A DNA stretch of 64,000 nt, taken from NCBI GenBank assembly GCA_964554945.1, contig CAZKQQ010000008.1, positions 2,827 through 66,826 on the forward strand. The letters run 5' to 3'. Below the pieces are notes generated by a model, which had not been told where the DNA came from, did not search any database, and saw only the letters and a list, made by a program, of their open reading frames with translations. The position numbers and the translations under genes are program-made. The stretch comes from an uncultured Solibacteraceae bacterium. Lineage in GTDB: Bacteria > Acidobacteriota > Terriglobia > Bryobacterales > Bryobacteraceae. Shown here in pieces: positions 55,167 to 64,000 of this stretch; within the stretch, counting starts at the first letter, position 1; each line of letters starts with the position of its first letter.

Positions 55167-55862
55167 ATGGCCGTTTCAATTGCTGTTCCGCAACAAAACC
55201 CCTTGGAAGATTTATTGGCGAACCTTCCAAAGGCCAACGCGGTGGAGTACCGCAGAGGCCAGTTGATTTATAATGCTGCGCAATCATCGGATCGCGTTTA
55301 CCTTGTCACCGATGGCAAAGTGATGGTTTCGCGTATCGTGAACACGGAAAAACAAGTGGTGGTGGATGTCTGCCAGCCGCCTGAACTTTTCGGAGAAGCG
55401 GCGCTGGTGAATTGCTTCTCTCGAGGTGAACAGGCTCTGGCTCTGGAAAACTGCAAGGTCATGAGCTGGCCCGCGGCGGATATCCTGGATCGAGTGACCC
55501 GCCAGAGCCATCTGGGAATCGTGTTCCTGCAGGTGCTCGCCCAGCGGGAAGCGGAGTTGACCTGGCGCATGGAGAGTCTGGCCGTCGATACCATTCACGT
55601 CAGGGTCGCCCGCTCGCTGATCCGCTTGTCCGGCCGCATCGGAACGCGGCAGGAGGATGGCTCGGCGAAAATGGCCCCTCTGACGCACAAGATGCTTTCC
55701 CAGTACATCGGCAGCACGCGAGAAATCGTAACCCACCACATGACGGAGTTCCGCAAGTTGGGTTATTTGAATTACTCGCGAAACGGAATCGTCATCTACC
55801 GCGACGCTCTCATCGAGTGGCTGCAGCGGAATTCGCACGGCCGGTTCACGGCTTGGAGTTGA
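55167..55862 (+). CDS. Crp/Fnr family transcriptional regulator
   Basis: A cNMP-binding-like fold (YRRGQLIYNAAQSSDRVYLVTDGKV...FGEAAL) and C-terminal HTH LTHKMLSQYIGSTREIVTHHMTEFRKLGYL. Confidence 0.85.
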   Translation: MAVSIAVPQQNPLEDLLANLPKANAVEYRRGQLIYNAAQSSDRVYLVTDGKVMVSRIVNTEKQVVVDVCQPPELFGEAALVNCFSRGEQALALENCKVMSWPAADILDRVTRQSHLGIVFLQVLAQREAELTWRMESLAVDTIHVRVARSLIRLSGRIGTRQEDGSAKMAPLTHKMLSQYIGSTREIVTHHMTEFRKLGYLNYSRNGIVIYRDALIEWLQRNSHGRFTAWS

Positions 55863-55970
55863 TTCCCGGCCGCTTTTGCCACGTTCGGCGCTGCGCAATC
55901 GTCGCAATTGGCCTCGCGCTTGCAGTGTAGGTCAGCCTGAGTCATTGCAAGTCCCCGAAGGAGAGATTCG

Positions 55971-56924
55971 ATGAGTGCTACTCCACAGATGCGCCACCGC
56001 CATCTGGGCCAGACTGGCGAAACTGTGTCGATGTTAGGGCTGGGGGGTTCGCATTTCGGCGAGTCCGCTCTATCCGACGCCGAGGCGGTGCGCATCATTC
56101 GCTCGGCAATCGACGGCGGCCTGACATTCATGGACAATTCTTGGGACTATCACGACGGCCGGAGCGAGATACGGCTTGGCAAAGCGCTCAAGGATGGTTA
56201 CCGTGCGAAGGCTTTTGTCATGACCAAAGTAGATGGCCGCACGAAGAAGGAGGCCTCCCGGCAATTGGATGAGTCGCTGAAACGCCTGCAAACCGACCAC
56301 GTGGATCTCCTGCAACATCACGAGATCATTCGCTTCGACGACGCGGACCGTATTTTCGACCGGGGCGGGGCCATGGAAGCTTTCCTGGAGGCGCGGCAGG
56401 CGGGGAAGATCCGCTACATCGGCTTCACCGGCCACAAAGACCCGCACGTGCACCTTTATATGCTGGACAAGGCCAAGGAGCACGGGTTCCATTTCGATAC
56501 CGTCCAGATGCCTCTCAATGTCATGGACTGGCACTTCCGTAGTTTTGAGAAGAATGTCCTGCCGCGACTCGTGGCGGAAGGCATCGGCGTCCTGGGCATG
56601 AAGAGCATGGGAAGCGGCCCCATTCTCAAGAGCGGCGCGGTCACGCCCGTCGAATGCTTACAATACGCTCTGAGCTTGCCGACATCGGTGGTAATTACCG
56701 GCATCGATAGCGCGAAGATTCTGGACCAGGCTTTCGAAATAGCGGGCAACTTCCAGCAGTTGACCGAAGCCCAGATGAACGCTCTGCGAAACAAAGCGAG
56801 CGCCGCCGCCCGCGATGGCCAATACGAATTGTTCAAGACCAGCTCGCATTTCGATGCAACGGCGGAGCATCCCGAATGGCTCGGCGACGAATCCGAGCGA
56901 GTCAAAGAACTCGTCCAGGTGTGA
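55971..56924 (+). CDS. aldo/keto reductase
   Basis: LGLGGSHFG, GLTFMDNSWDYHDGRSE, DHVDLLQHH and IRYIGFTGH. Confidence 0.85.
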   Translation: MSATPQMRHRHLGQTGETVSMLGLGGSHFGESALSDAEAVRIIRSAIDGGLTFMDNSWDYHDGRSEIRLGKALKDGYRAKAFVMTKVDGRTKKEASRQLDESLKRLQTDHVDLLQHHEIIRFDDADRIFDRGGAMEAFLEARQAGKIRYIGFTGHKDPHVHLYMLDKAKEHGFHFDTVQMPLNVMDWHFRSFEKNVLPRLVAEGIGVLGMKSMGSGPILKSGAVTPVECLQYALSLPTSVVITGIDSAKILDQAFEIAGNFQQLTEAQMNALRNKASAAARDGQYELFKTSSHFDATAEHPEWLGDESERVKELVQV

Positions 56925-56928
56925 GTCC

Positions 56929-58233
56929 ATGCCCTCCAGCTGCGACGTCGCGGTAGTGGGAGCGGGCGTCGCCGGCCTTACGGCTTTGGGAATGCTGGAG
57001 CAGGCCGGCGCTGAGGTTCAATGCTTCGAAGCCCGGGATCGCGCGGGTGGCCGCATCCTCACGCTTCATGATCCCGCGGCTGCGGTGCCTGTCGAATTGG
57101 GCGCCGAGTTTGTGCATGGGCGCCCTCCGGAAATCTGCGACCTGGCGGCCCAGGCGTCTCTCGCGGTGGCGGAGCGCAGCCGGCGGGCCGTTTATCTCGA
57201 GGAAGGTCGAATTCGGGACAGCCGGATTGGTGACGAGGTTCAACAGCTCCTCTCCGATCTTCAGGCCAGGGAGCAACCCGATAACGATGAGAGCTTCGCT
57301 GATTTTCTGGCCCGATCTCCCTATGCCGACGAAGTCAAACGATGGGCCTCCGCTTACGTGGAAGGTTTTAATGCAGCGCGCAAGGAAATCATCAGCGCCG
57401 CCGCGCTGGCGCAAGATGCCCGGGCAGCGGAACAGATCGACGGGGAGCGTTTGTTCTCCTTCGTCAATGGATATGACTCGCTAATCAACCTCCTGAGTCA
57501 ACCCATCCGGAAGGGAACCCTGTGGCTCGGCACCATCGTCGAAGCCGTCGAGTGGGAGCCGGCGAAGGTGACACTGCACATCCGTGCCGGCGCGTCCGGT
57601 CAGCGCGAGACACTGCGTTGTCGCCGGGTAATCTTCACGATTCCACTCGGCGTGTTGCAGGCCAAGCCAGGCGCAATCGGAGCAGTCCAATTTAATCCGC
57701 CGCCCGGCCGGATTCTGGAGGCGGCCGCTTCGCTCGAATCGGGTCACGTGTGGCGCGTCACATTGAGATTTGAGAGCCCGTTTTGGGAGAAGAAGCAGGA
57801 ATTCTCAGCTGCAAAATTCTTCTATAGCCAGGATGCGGTGTTTCCGACCTGGTGGAATGCGGGACCCCCTGGAGTTCCCATCATCACCGGTTGGAGCGCG
57901 GGGCCGGCGGCTGATGGGATCGCGGGTTTGACCGCGACAGAAATCCCCGCGCGAGCAACGGCAAGTCTGGAGCACATCCTCCGGATTCGCGCGTCGCCGC
58001 TACGAGCGGCCTACTTTCACGACTGGCAGAGCGATCCGTTTTCCCGCGGCGCTTACAGCTATAGTCCAGTCGGGGCGCTCGCCGCCCGTGACATACTGGC
58101 GCAACCCGTGTGCGACACTCTCTATTTCGCCGGCGAAGCGACTGAGAACGCCGGCCATAGCGCCACCGTCCACGGAGCGATAGCGTCAGGACGCCGGGCG
58201 GCCCGCCAGATACTTTCGGCCAGCCCGGCCTAG
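56929..58233 (+). CDS. flavin-containing amine oxidase family protein
   Basis: Dinucleotide fold CDVAVVGAGVAGLTALGMLEQAGAEVQCFEARDRAGGRI. C-terminal LYFAGEATENAGHSATVHGAIASG. Confidence 0.85.
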   Translation: MPSSCDVAVVGAGVAGLTALGMLEQAGAEVQCFEARDRAGGRILTLHDPAAAVPVELGAEFVHGRPPEICDLAAQASLAVAERSRRAVYLEEGRIRDSRIGDEVQQLLSDLQAREQPDNDESFADFLARSPYADEVKRWASAYVEGFNAARKEIISAAALAQDARAAEQIDGERLFSFVNGYDSLINLLSQPIRKGTLWLGTIVEAVEWEPAKVTLHIRAGASGQRETLRCRRVIFTIPLGVLQAKPGAIGAVQFNPPPGRILEAAASLESGHVWRVTLRFESPFWEKKQEFSAAKFFYSQDAVFPTWWNAGPPGVPIITGWSAGPAADGIAGLTATEIPARATASLEHILRIRASPLRAAYFHDWQSDPFSRGAYSYSPVGALAARDILAQPVCDTLYFAGEATENAGHSATVHGAIASGRRAARQILSASPA

Positions 58234-58245
58234 TTCTGGACCAGT

Positions 58246-59877
58246 TTACGGGTTGGCGCCGATACGAGTGCCGATGACTTCTCCCGAGACGATCAATTCG
58301 ACGCGCCGGTTCTGCTGGCGGCCCGCCGCCGTATTATTTGGCGCAATCGGGCGCGTATCGCCGAAGCCCGACGAGGAGAGGCTGTCGGGAGGCACCCCTT
58401 GGCCACTCAAGTAATCGACCACCGCCCCGGCGCGCTTCACCGAAAGCTTCTGGTTGAACTCCACAGTTCCGGTGCTGTCCGTGTGCCCCTCAGCCGCCAA
58501 TTTCAATCCGGGATGAGCGAGCACGATACCCGAGAGCTTCGCCAGCTTCTCGCGCGCTACCGGCCGCAGTGTAAATTGCCCGCTGTCGAATAGAACATCC
58601 GCCATCGTGACCACCAGGCCGCGATCGGTGTCCTTGGTTTCCAGAACCGCGTTGAGCTGCTGCAGAAGCTGTGCGCGAAGCTGCTGCTTTTCCAGTTCCG
58701 CCTGCTGGCGGAGACGCTCGGATTCCGCCGCCTCACGCTGAGCTTTCTCGGCGGCCGCCGCGGCCTGCGCCTGCGCGGCTTCTGCCTTTGCCCGCTCCGC
58801 CGCTTCCTTGGCTGCAGCCAGTTCGGCAACCAGGCGTTTCTGGTCGGCTGCCGCCTTCTCGGCTTCCGCGGTCACACGCGCGGCCTCAGCGGTCGCTTTG
58901 GCGGCTTCCGCCTGCGCCCTGCGCACCTCTTCGGCCTTGCGTTCCGCTTCCGCCTGTTCGCGCTGCCGCAACTCCTCCCCGGCCTGCCGCTTCGCCTCGG
59001 CTTCACGCGCCGCGGCCGCTTCCCGTTCCTTCTGCAAAGCCTCGTCTTCCTGTCTCTTCACCGCGATCACGCGGGCATCTTCGGCGGTTTGCACCGTCTC
59101 GCGCGCGATCATGATGGCCGGCTTGCGCTGCTTCTGTTGCAGATATTTCTCGGATTGTTGAATCGTGGCCAGCGCTTTTTGGAACGCGTCGCTCGCGTAT
59201 TTATCCGCGCCCGAAGCCTGTGCGATCTGCACCGCATTGCGCGCTTCGTAGATTTCCACGGGAATCGACGGGTCGGGTTTCAATTGCAGCACATTAGTAA
59301 GCTTCTGGTATTGCCCGCGTTGTAGCAGCTCATATTGCGCATCGATGACCTCGAACTTCCCCAGGGTGTCCTGCCTCACCTCATTCTCCATGACAATCAG
59401 ATCACTGGGCTGCGTCACCGAGAAGTAGGGCTCGGCCGTAACGATCAGCCCGAAGACTTGCAGGTCGGTGGTCACATTGAGATGGCTCTTGCCGCCATCG
59501 AGCAGGATCTCCCCGAGATTCTTGGGGCGGCCTTCGGGGGATACGGCCCACAGCACATACGTAAGGTATTCGACTCCGAACTGAGTCGCCGCGCCCACAT
59601 CGCGGAAGTTCGCGTCGATGCTGATTGCGCCTTGCCGGCTATCGACTCTCGCGTGCCCCTTGGCACCAGGCATGATCGCGGTGCCGGCGAAATCTATTTC
59701 GGTGGATCCGCTGCGATGCCGGTAGTTGATAGCCTTCGTCGATTTGGCCACTGCGTTCGCCTTGAACACAGCGATCGGAGCGTCAGTCGCCGGTTCTTGC
59801 GCCGTCAGCAGCGATGCACTCGTGAAGCCCAGAACGCTCAGCACCAGGCAGGAGGTCTTGCTTAAAGTTTTTTTCAT
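58246..59877 (-). CDS. OmpA-family protein with N-terminal exported domain and a long Ala/Glu/Lys/Gln-rich coiled coil
   Basis: Signal MKKTLSKTSCLVLSVLGFTSASLLTAQ. OmpA_C context LAAEGHTDSTGTVEFNQKLSVKRAGAVVDYL...NRRVELIV. Confidence 0.85.
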   Translation of the reverse strand: MKKTLSKTSCLVLSVLGFTSASLLTAQEPATDAPIAVFKANAVAKSTKAINYRHRSGSTEIDFAGTAIMPGAKGHARVDSRQGAISIDANFRDVGAATQFGVEYLTYVLWAVSPEGRPKNLGEILLDGGKSHLNVTTDLQVFGLIVTAEPYFSVTQPSDLIVMENEVRQDTLGKFEVIDAQYELLQRGQYQKLTNVLQLKPDPSIPVEIYEARNAVQIAQASGADKYASDAFQKALATIQQSEKYLQQKQRKPAIMIARETVQTAEDARVIAVKRQEDEALQKEREAAAAREAEAKRQAGEELRQREQAEAERKAEEVRRAQAEAAKATAEAARVTAEAEKAAADQKRLVAELAAAKEAAERAKAEAAQAQAAAAAEKAQREAAESERLRQQAELEKQQLRAQLLQQLNAVLETKDTDRGLVVTMADVLFDSGQFTLRPVAREKLAKLSGIVLAHPGLKLAAEGHTDSTGTVEFNQKLSVKRAGAVVDYLSGQGVPPDSLSSSGFGDTRPIAPNNTAAGRQQNRRVELIVSGEVIGTRIGANP

Positions 59878-60154
59878 ACGCTCAGTGTGAAGTTTAGCCG
59901 CGAATTGTTCTCCCGAGCACATATGCATTCGAACGGCCAGCTGTGCCGGCAAACCCGTGCCTTTGATTACAGTCGTTTAGGGCTGGATCAAAATGGCCGA
60001 AGCGTAAAAAATTCCTCTGAATCTCCGGAGGGAAGTAGACTCTATTAACCGACGTAAGCCCATTTGCGCCGCTTTCTGATATCATCAGCGGCTACAAGAG
60101 GCCTATGCCGAAGTTTCTGATCGAAGCTTCTACAGCCGAGTCCGCGAACCTCTG

Positions 60155-61270
60155 ATGAATAAGGACCTGTTTGAGATTCTGGAGCAAACGCTCCGGTCGC
60201 AGGGCGCCGATGCCGGATTCGAACTGCTGATTGACCGCCTGCGCGAGCAGAAGAAGTATCCGCTGATCTTCGAAGCCCGGTTGATGCGGAAACGTCTGGC
60301 GTTGGGGCAGCCCATGCTGCAATCCGCCGGGATCCTGGATCTGCCTCCGGAACATCAGGCTGCCTACGAAGCGGCTCTGATGGAAGCTGCCCGCGAGACC
60401 GGCGATCTGTTTCTCGCCGATGGTGAGATTGCCCGCGCGTGGCCGTATTTTCGGGCCATTGGCGACTCCGCGCCGGTGGTGGAGGCCATCGAGCGCCTGC
60501 CAGCCGGCGGCGGCACCGAACCGGTCATTCAAATCGCGCTGAACGAAGGTGTTCATCCGCGCAAGGGATTCGAGCTGCTGCTCGAACATCATGGCATCTG
60601 CACCGCCATGAGCGTCGCCGCGCGGCATCCGGACCGCGCCGCTCGTATGGAGTTTCTCCAACTCCTAGCGCGCGCGATTACTCGCGAACTCGCAGCCAAT
60701 TTGAAGGAAGCGATTGCCGCCGCGGAAGGATGCGTGCCAGAGACCAATCGCGTATCCGAGCTGATCGCAGGGCGGGAATGGCTATTCGAAGAGGCGCGGC
60801 TTTACACGGAGAATTCGCACCTCTCCTCGATGGTCCAGGCAGGGCCGGAATTGCAGGATGACGAGAGCTTGCGGCTGGTGTGGGAACTCGCGCAATATGG
60901 CCGCCGACTGGATCCTATGTACCGGTTTCCCAGCGAGCCGCCGTTCAGCGATCCCTACGTGGATTATGGCGCGTATCTGGGCGCCATTCTCGATCAAGAC
61001 CGGGAAGCCGCTATAAAACATTTCCGAAAGAAAATCGACGACTTGGTAATTGGCTCGGCGGAAGTTCTGGTTGCTCTGCTCACCCGGATCGGCCGCCACC
61101 GCGAAGCTCTCGAGATCTCGATTCAATATCTCGGCGGCGATGCCGGCAGGACCTGTCCCTCGGCGCTCCAGCTATGCCAGATGGCTGGTGATTACGAGCG
61201 CCTACGCCAGCTCGCGCGCGAAGAAGGCGACCTGCTGGCGTTCGCAGCCGGCGTTCTCCAAGGCTCCTAG
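60155..61270 (+). CDS. hypothetical all-helical cytoplasmic protein (371 aa)
   Basis: ATG-started ORF with normal composition. No motif that I recognise. Confidence 0.6.
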   Translation: MNKDLFEILEQTLRSQGADAGFELLIDRLREQKKYPLIFEARLMRKRLALGQPMLQSAGILDLPPEHQAAYEAALMEAARETGDLFLADGEIARAWPYFRAIGDSAPVVEAIERLPAGGGTEPVIQIALNEGVHPRKGFELLLEHHGICTAMSVAARHPDRAARMEFLQLLARAITRELAANLKEAIAAAEGCVPETNRVSELIAGREWLFEEARLYTENSHLSSMVQAGPELQDDESLRLVWELAQYGRRLDPMYRFPSEPPFSDPYVDYGAYLGAILDQDREAAIKHFRKKIDDLVIGSAEVLVALLTRIGRHREALEISIQYLGGDAGRTCPSALQLCQMAGDYERLRQLAREEGDLLAFAAGVLQGS

Positions 61271-61346
61271 TCTGGCGTTCATGTCCGCTCCCCTGCGGGT
61301 CGCAGTTCCGTGTCGGGCACTGAGCGGCCGGTAAGGAGCGAAGCTA

Positions 61347-62147
61347 CTACTCGGGTTTGACCGGCAAGGTGCGCTTGGTCGCATTGGCGTACCGCAGCGA
61401 GCCGGCCCGATAGAGCCATCGCGGAAGCCAACTCACCACCAGAACCAGAGTTTTATAAATTCCTCCGGGCACGACGAATATCTTTCGCCCGGCGAGCCCG
61501 GCGAGCGACGCGTTCACCACGTCCTCCGCCTTCATCCACAACCGGTCCGGAATGAGCTTCCGGTCGACATGCGCCACATCATGGAATTCGGAGATGGTAA
61601 AGCCCGGGCAGAGTGCCTGAACCTTTACCGCTGAGCCGGCGCTCTTCAAATCCATCGCCAACCCTTCGGTGAAACTGTTCATCCACGTCTTGGTTGCCCC
61701 ATAGCTGACAGTGCCCGGTGTGGGAGCAAAAGCGGCCACGGACGATACATTGATCACCGCACCTTTATTTCGCGCCACCATCCCGCGCAGGGCTGCGTGC
61801 GTGAGCCGCATCGTGGCCAGGACGTGAAGGCGGTGCATTTGATCCTGAGCGTCCACCGGGACCTCAAAGAACCGCCCGATCACGCCAAATCCCGCATTGT
61901 TCACCAGCAATTCCAGCCTCGGCTCGGCCGTAATCCGGTCCTCCACGCGCGCGAGGTCCGCGTCATCGGTCAGATCCGCGGCGATGGTCTCCGCGCCCCC
62001 GACTTCGTGCGCCAGTCTTTCCAGCCGGTCGCGCCGACGCGCTACCAAAATCAAATCGTACCCATCGCGCGACAGCCTTCGCGCGAACGTAGAGCCGATG
62101 CCGGCGGACGCGCCGGTCACCAGAGCCTTTGGTTTGCTTTCCGCCAT
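61347..62147 (-). CDS. short-chain dehydrogenase/reductase (SDR)
   Basis: ALVTGASAGIGSTFARRL, NNAG and SYGATKTWMNSF (YxxxK). Confidence 0.9.
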   Translation of the reverse strand: MAESKPKALVTGASAGIGSTFARRLSRDGYDLILVARRRDRLERLAHEVGGAETIAADLTDDADLARVEDRITAEPRLELLVNNAGFGVIGRFFEVPVDAQDQMHRLHVLATMRLTHAALRGMVARNKGAVINVSSVAAFAPTPGTVSYGATKTWMNSFTEGLAMDLKSAGSAVKVQALCPGFTISEFHDVAHVDRKLIPDRLWMKAEDVVNASLAGLAGRKIFVVPGGIYKTLVLVVSWLPRWLYRAGSLRYANATKRTLPVKPE

Positions 62148-62156
62148 AGAGGACTC

Positions 62157-62930
62157 TCAGTGTACTGCGGTCTCGAGCAAAATGCTGGAGCAAGTCAAGC
62201 CCGCCTCCGCCTTCATTAGCTCGGAAATGTCCAGCTGCCGCACCTTCCATCCCAGGCGTTCGAGCAATCGCGCCGTGCGCGGGTATGCCGCGGGGACCAG
62301 CGCCGTATCGCCGATGGTGAGAACATTTGCCGCGCCGGGTTCTTCAGGCGGGACGTCCACAATGTCGAAGCTTCCGAAGGCGGCGGTATCGATCCATTGG
62401 CGGTTCGCCAGAATCCGCTGGTCGCCCAGCGCGCAGCATCCCGATTTCAAGTGCAGGCACCCGCGAACTGAGACGCCACGCACCGAATATCCAAGCGGAC
62501 CGAGTATTTCCGTTAACTGATCGATACCTGCCTGGTTCGTACGCGCCGACAGCCCGACAAACAAGGTCGCGCCCACGCGCAGCACATCGCCGCCCTCCAG
62601 CGTGGCTGGAGGCCGCAGCCATTTGAGGGGCCGGAATCGTGCCAATGCGGCCGCGAGGCTCTCCGCCTCCTTGCGTCGCGATTCGGCGCCCATGCGCGTC
62701 ATTACCGCCAGTTCGTTGACTACGACCGCCGGGTCTTCCACGAACATGCAATCGGGCAAGCCCGGCTCGGCAGGGAGCGAGATCACCGCCGCGCCCAGTT
62801 CGCGCAGGCAGTCCTCATATTTCCGGTGCTGCTCCATAGCCTGCGCCACGTCAATTTCCTGCCGCGGCAAATATCCGAGTTCACAATGATTGATTTCCGG
62901 GCTGACGGCGCGCGTAATGGCGGTGAGCAT
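62157..62930 (-). CDS. dimethylarginine dimethylaminohydrolase (DDAH)/amidinotransferase family protein
   Basis: PDCMFVEDPAVVV, GAESRRKE, LEGGDVLRVG, ARTN, CLHLKSG and the C-terminal GLTCSSILL (catalytic Cys context). Start at the internal ATG 62930. Confidence 0.85.
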   Translation of the reverse strand: MLTAITRAVSPEINHCELGYLPRQEIDVAQAMEQHRKYEDCLRELGAAVISLPAEPGLPDCMFVEDPAVVVNELAVMTRMGAESRRKEAESLAAALARFRPLKWLRPPATLEGGDVLRVGATLFVGLSARTNQAGIDQLTEILGPLGYSVRGVSVRGCLHLKSGCCALGDQRILANRQWIDTAAFGSFDIVDVPPEEPGAANVLTIGDTALVPAAYPRTARLLERLGWKVRQLDISELMKAEAGLTCSSILLETAVH

Positions 62931-62985
62931 CTCTGCATTGTAATTGTGAATCGGATCGGCTACCGCTACGATCAAATATATATCG

Positions 62986-64000
62986 ATGGCGTCTACAAAC
63001 ACTCTGTTCCGTCCCTTTCGCATTCATAATCTAACGCTCGCCAATCGCATCGTGATGGCACCGATGACGCGCAATTTTTCGCCCCACGGTGTCCCGGGCC
63101 CCGATGTGGTTGCCTATTACCGGCGGCGCGCGGAGAACGGCGTCGGCCTGATTCTGACGGAAGGCACCGCCATCGCGCATCCTGCCGCCGTCTCAAGTCC
63201 CAAGGTGCCCCGCTTCCACGGCGCGGACGCGCTGTCGGGCTGGGCTGAGGTTCTGACAGGCGTACATGCGGCCGGCGGACGGATTATGCCCCAGTTATGG
63301 CACGTCGGGATGATGCGCAAGCCTGGTGACGAGCCCAATCCGGAAGCCCCGCCGATTGGCCCTTCGGGAATCGCGGTGCCGGCGGGCAAATTGACCGAGC
63401 CATTAACTGAGCGGGAAATCGAGGCGCTCATCGCTGCCTACGCGCAAGGCGCGGCCGACGCACAGCGACTCGGCTTTGATGGCGTGGAACTGCATGGTGC
63501 CCATGGCTACCTGATCGATCAATTCTTCTGGGAAGCGACCAACCATCGCACCGATCAATACGGGGGCGACGTGGCGGCGCGAACGCGTTTCGCGGCCGAG
63601 GCGGTCCGGGCGTGCCGCCGTGCCGTAGGGCCGGATTTCCCCATCCTGCTGCGCTTCTCTCAATGGAAGATCGCCGACTATAACGCTCGGCTCGCCGCCA
63701 CGCCTGATGTACTCGAACAGTTTCTGGCGCCATTGGTTCAGGCGGGGGTGGACATCTTTCATTGCTCGACACGGCGTTTCTGGGAGGCGGAATTTCCAGG
63801 TTCTGACCTCAACCTCGCGGGTTGGACCAAGAAACTCACGGGCAAGCCGACCATCACTGTGGGCTCAGTTGGCCTTGACAGCGATTTCATGACGTCGTTC
63901 CGCGAGGGCAAAGGTGCTGCGATCACGGCCCTCGATCGGATCGCTGACATGATTGCGCGGGATGAAGTCGATCTGGTCGCCGTCGGTCGAGCGTTGCTTG
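62986..64000 (+). CDS. NADH:flavin oxidoreductase (Old Yellow Enzyme family), partial; 3' end outside the window
   Basis: Hand translation gives MASTNTLFRPFRIHNLTLANRIVMAPMTRN...GFDGVELHGAHGYLIDQFFW...TDQYGG. The frame is open to the window end. Confidence 0.85.
   Translation, partial: MASTNTLFRPFRIHNLTLANRIVMAPMTRNFSPHGVPGPDVVAYYRRRAENGVGLILTEGTAIAHPAAVSSPKVPRFHGADALSGWAEVLTGVHAAGGRIMPQLWHVGMMRKPGDEPNPEAPPIGPSGIAVPAGKLTEPLTEREIEALIAAYAQGAADAQRLGFDGVELHGAHGYLIDQFFWEATNHRTDQYGGDVAARTRFAAEAVRACRRAVGPDFPILLRFSQWKIADYNARLAATPDVLEQFLAPLVQAGVDIFHCSTRRFWEAEFPGSDLNLAGWTKKLTGKPTITVGSVGLDSDFMTSFREGKGAAITALDRIADMIARDEVDLVAVGRALL

Noticed and set aside
1-64000. Search for CRISPR arrays, tRNA/rRNA/tmRNA genes, transposases, integrases and phage genes
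   Set aside because: I noticed none while reading both strands. The only tandem repeats are the 14-bp duplication at 9904 and the coding Gly-rich repeats at 38194. A tRNAscan or Infernal run would be the decisive check for RNA genes.

Overview
High-GC bacterial chromosomal window, most likely Acidobacteriota (Solibacter/Bryobacter-like). Supporting this placement: a PadR plus ADOP-type duplicated permease pair, two Oar-like CarboxypepD_reg TonB-dependent receptors, an ECF-sigma/Ser-Thr-kinase pair, and a Solibacter-type C-terminal domain. I can support about 55 protein-coding genes. I found no rRNA, tRNA, CRISPR array, transposase or integrase. The ORF track translates GTG/TTG starts as M, so several starts were re-picked from RBS and homology context.

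Gene content, left to right:
- PadR and permease.
- A GC-rich hypothetical gene and a cytochrome c gene.
- A leaderless S8 subtilase with a small upstream partner, next to a TPR Ser/Thr kinase and a 5'-truncated ECF sigma remnant.
- An amidohydrolase and an Oar-like receptor.
- An amicyanin-like cupredoxin.
- A KaiC homologue with a histidine kinase.
- A ToxR-like membrane regulator.
- An amino-sugar locus: ROK-like kinase, PIG-L deacetylase, SSS transporter, GH20 hexosaminidase, Oar-like receptor.
- A BON protein, three secreted paralogues of unknown function and a small exported His-His protein, followed by a NarL-type two-component system.
- A DUF3300-like protein with a Gly-rich repeat tail.
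- A split LigD (ligase and polymerase genes) with no Ku in the window.
- A LigJ-like/LigB-type aromatic fragment, then map and an MFS transporter.
- The conserved ffh-rpsP-KH-rimM-trmD-rplS-rnhB block.
- Miscellaneous redox and regulatory genes.

Most notable sequence-level observations:
1. A block-conserved element of about 56 nt occurs three times, once in front of each transcription unit of the amino-sugar locus.
2. The four-gene secreted cluster of unknown function has a C7-G-C6-G-C7 tract at its 5' end and an in-frame TAA at a conserved aromatic position of the first paralogue.
3. The cytoplasmic subtilase and its small partner gene.
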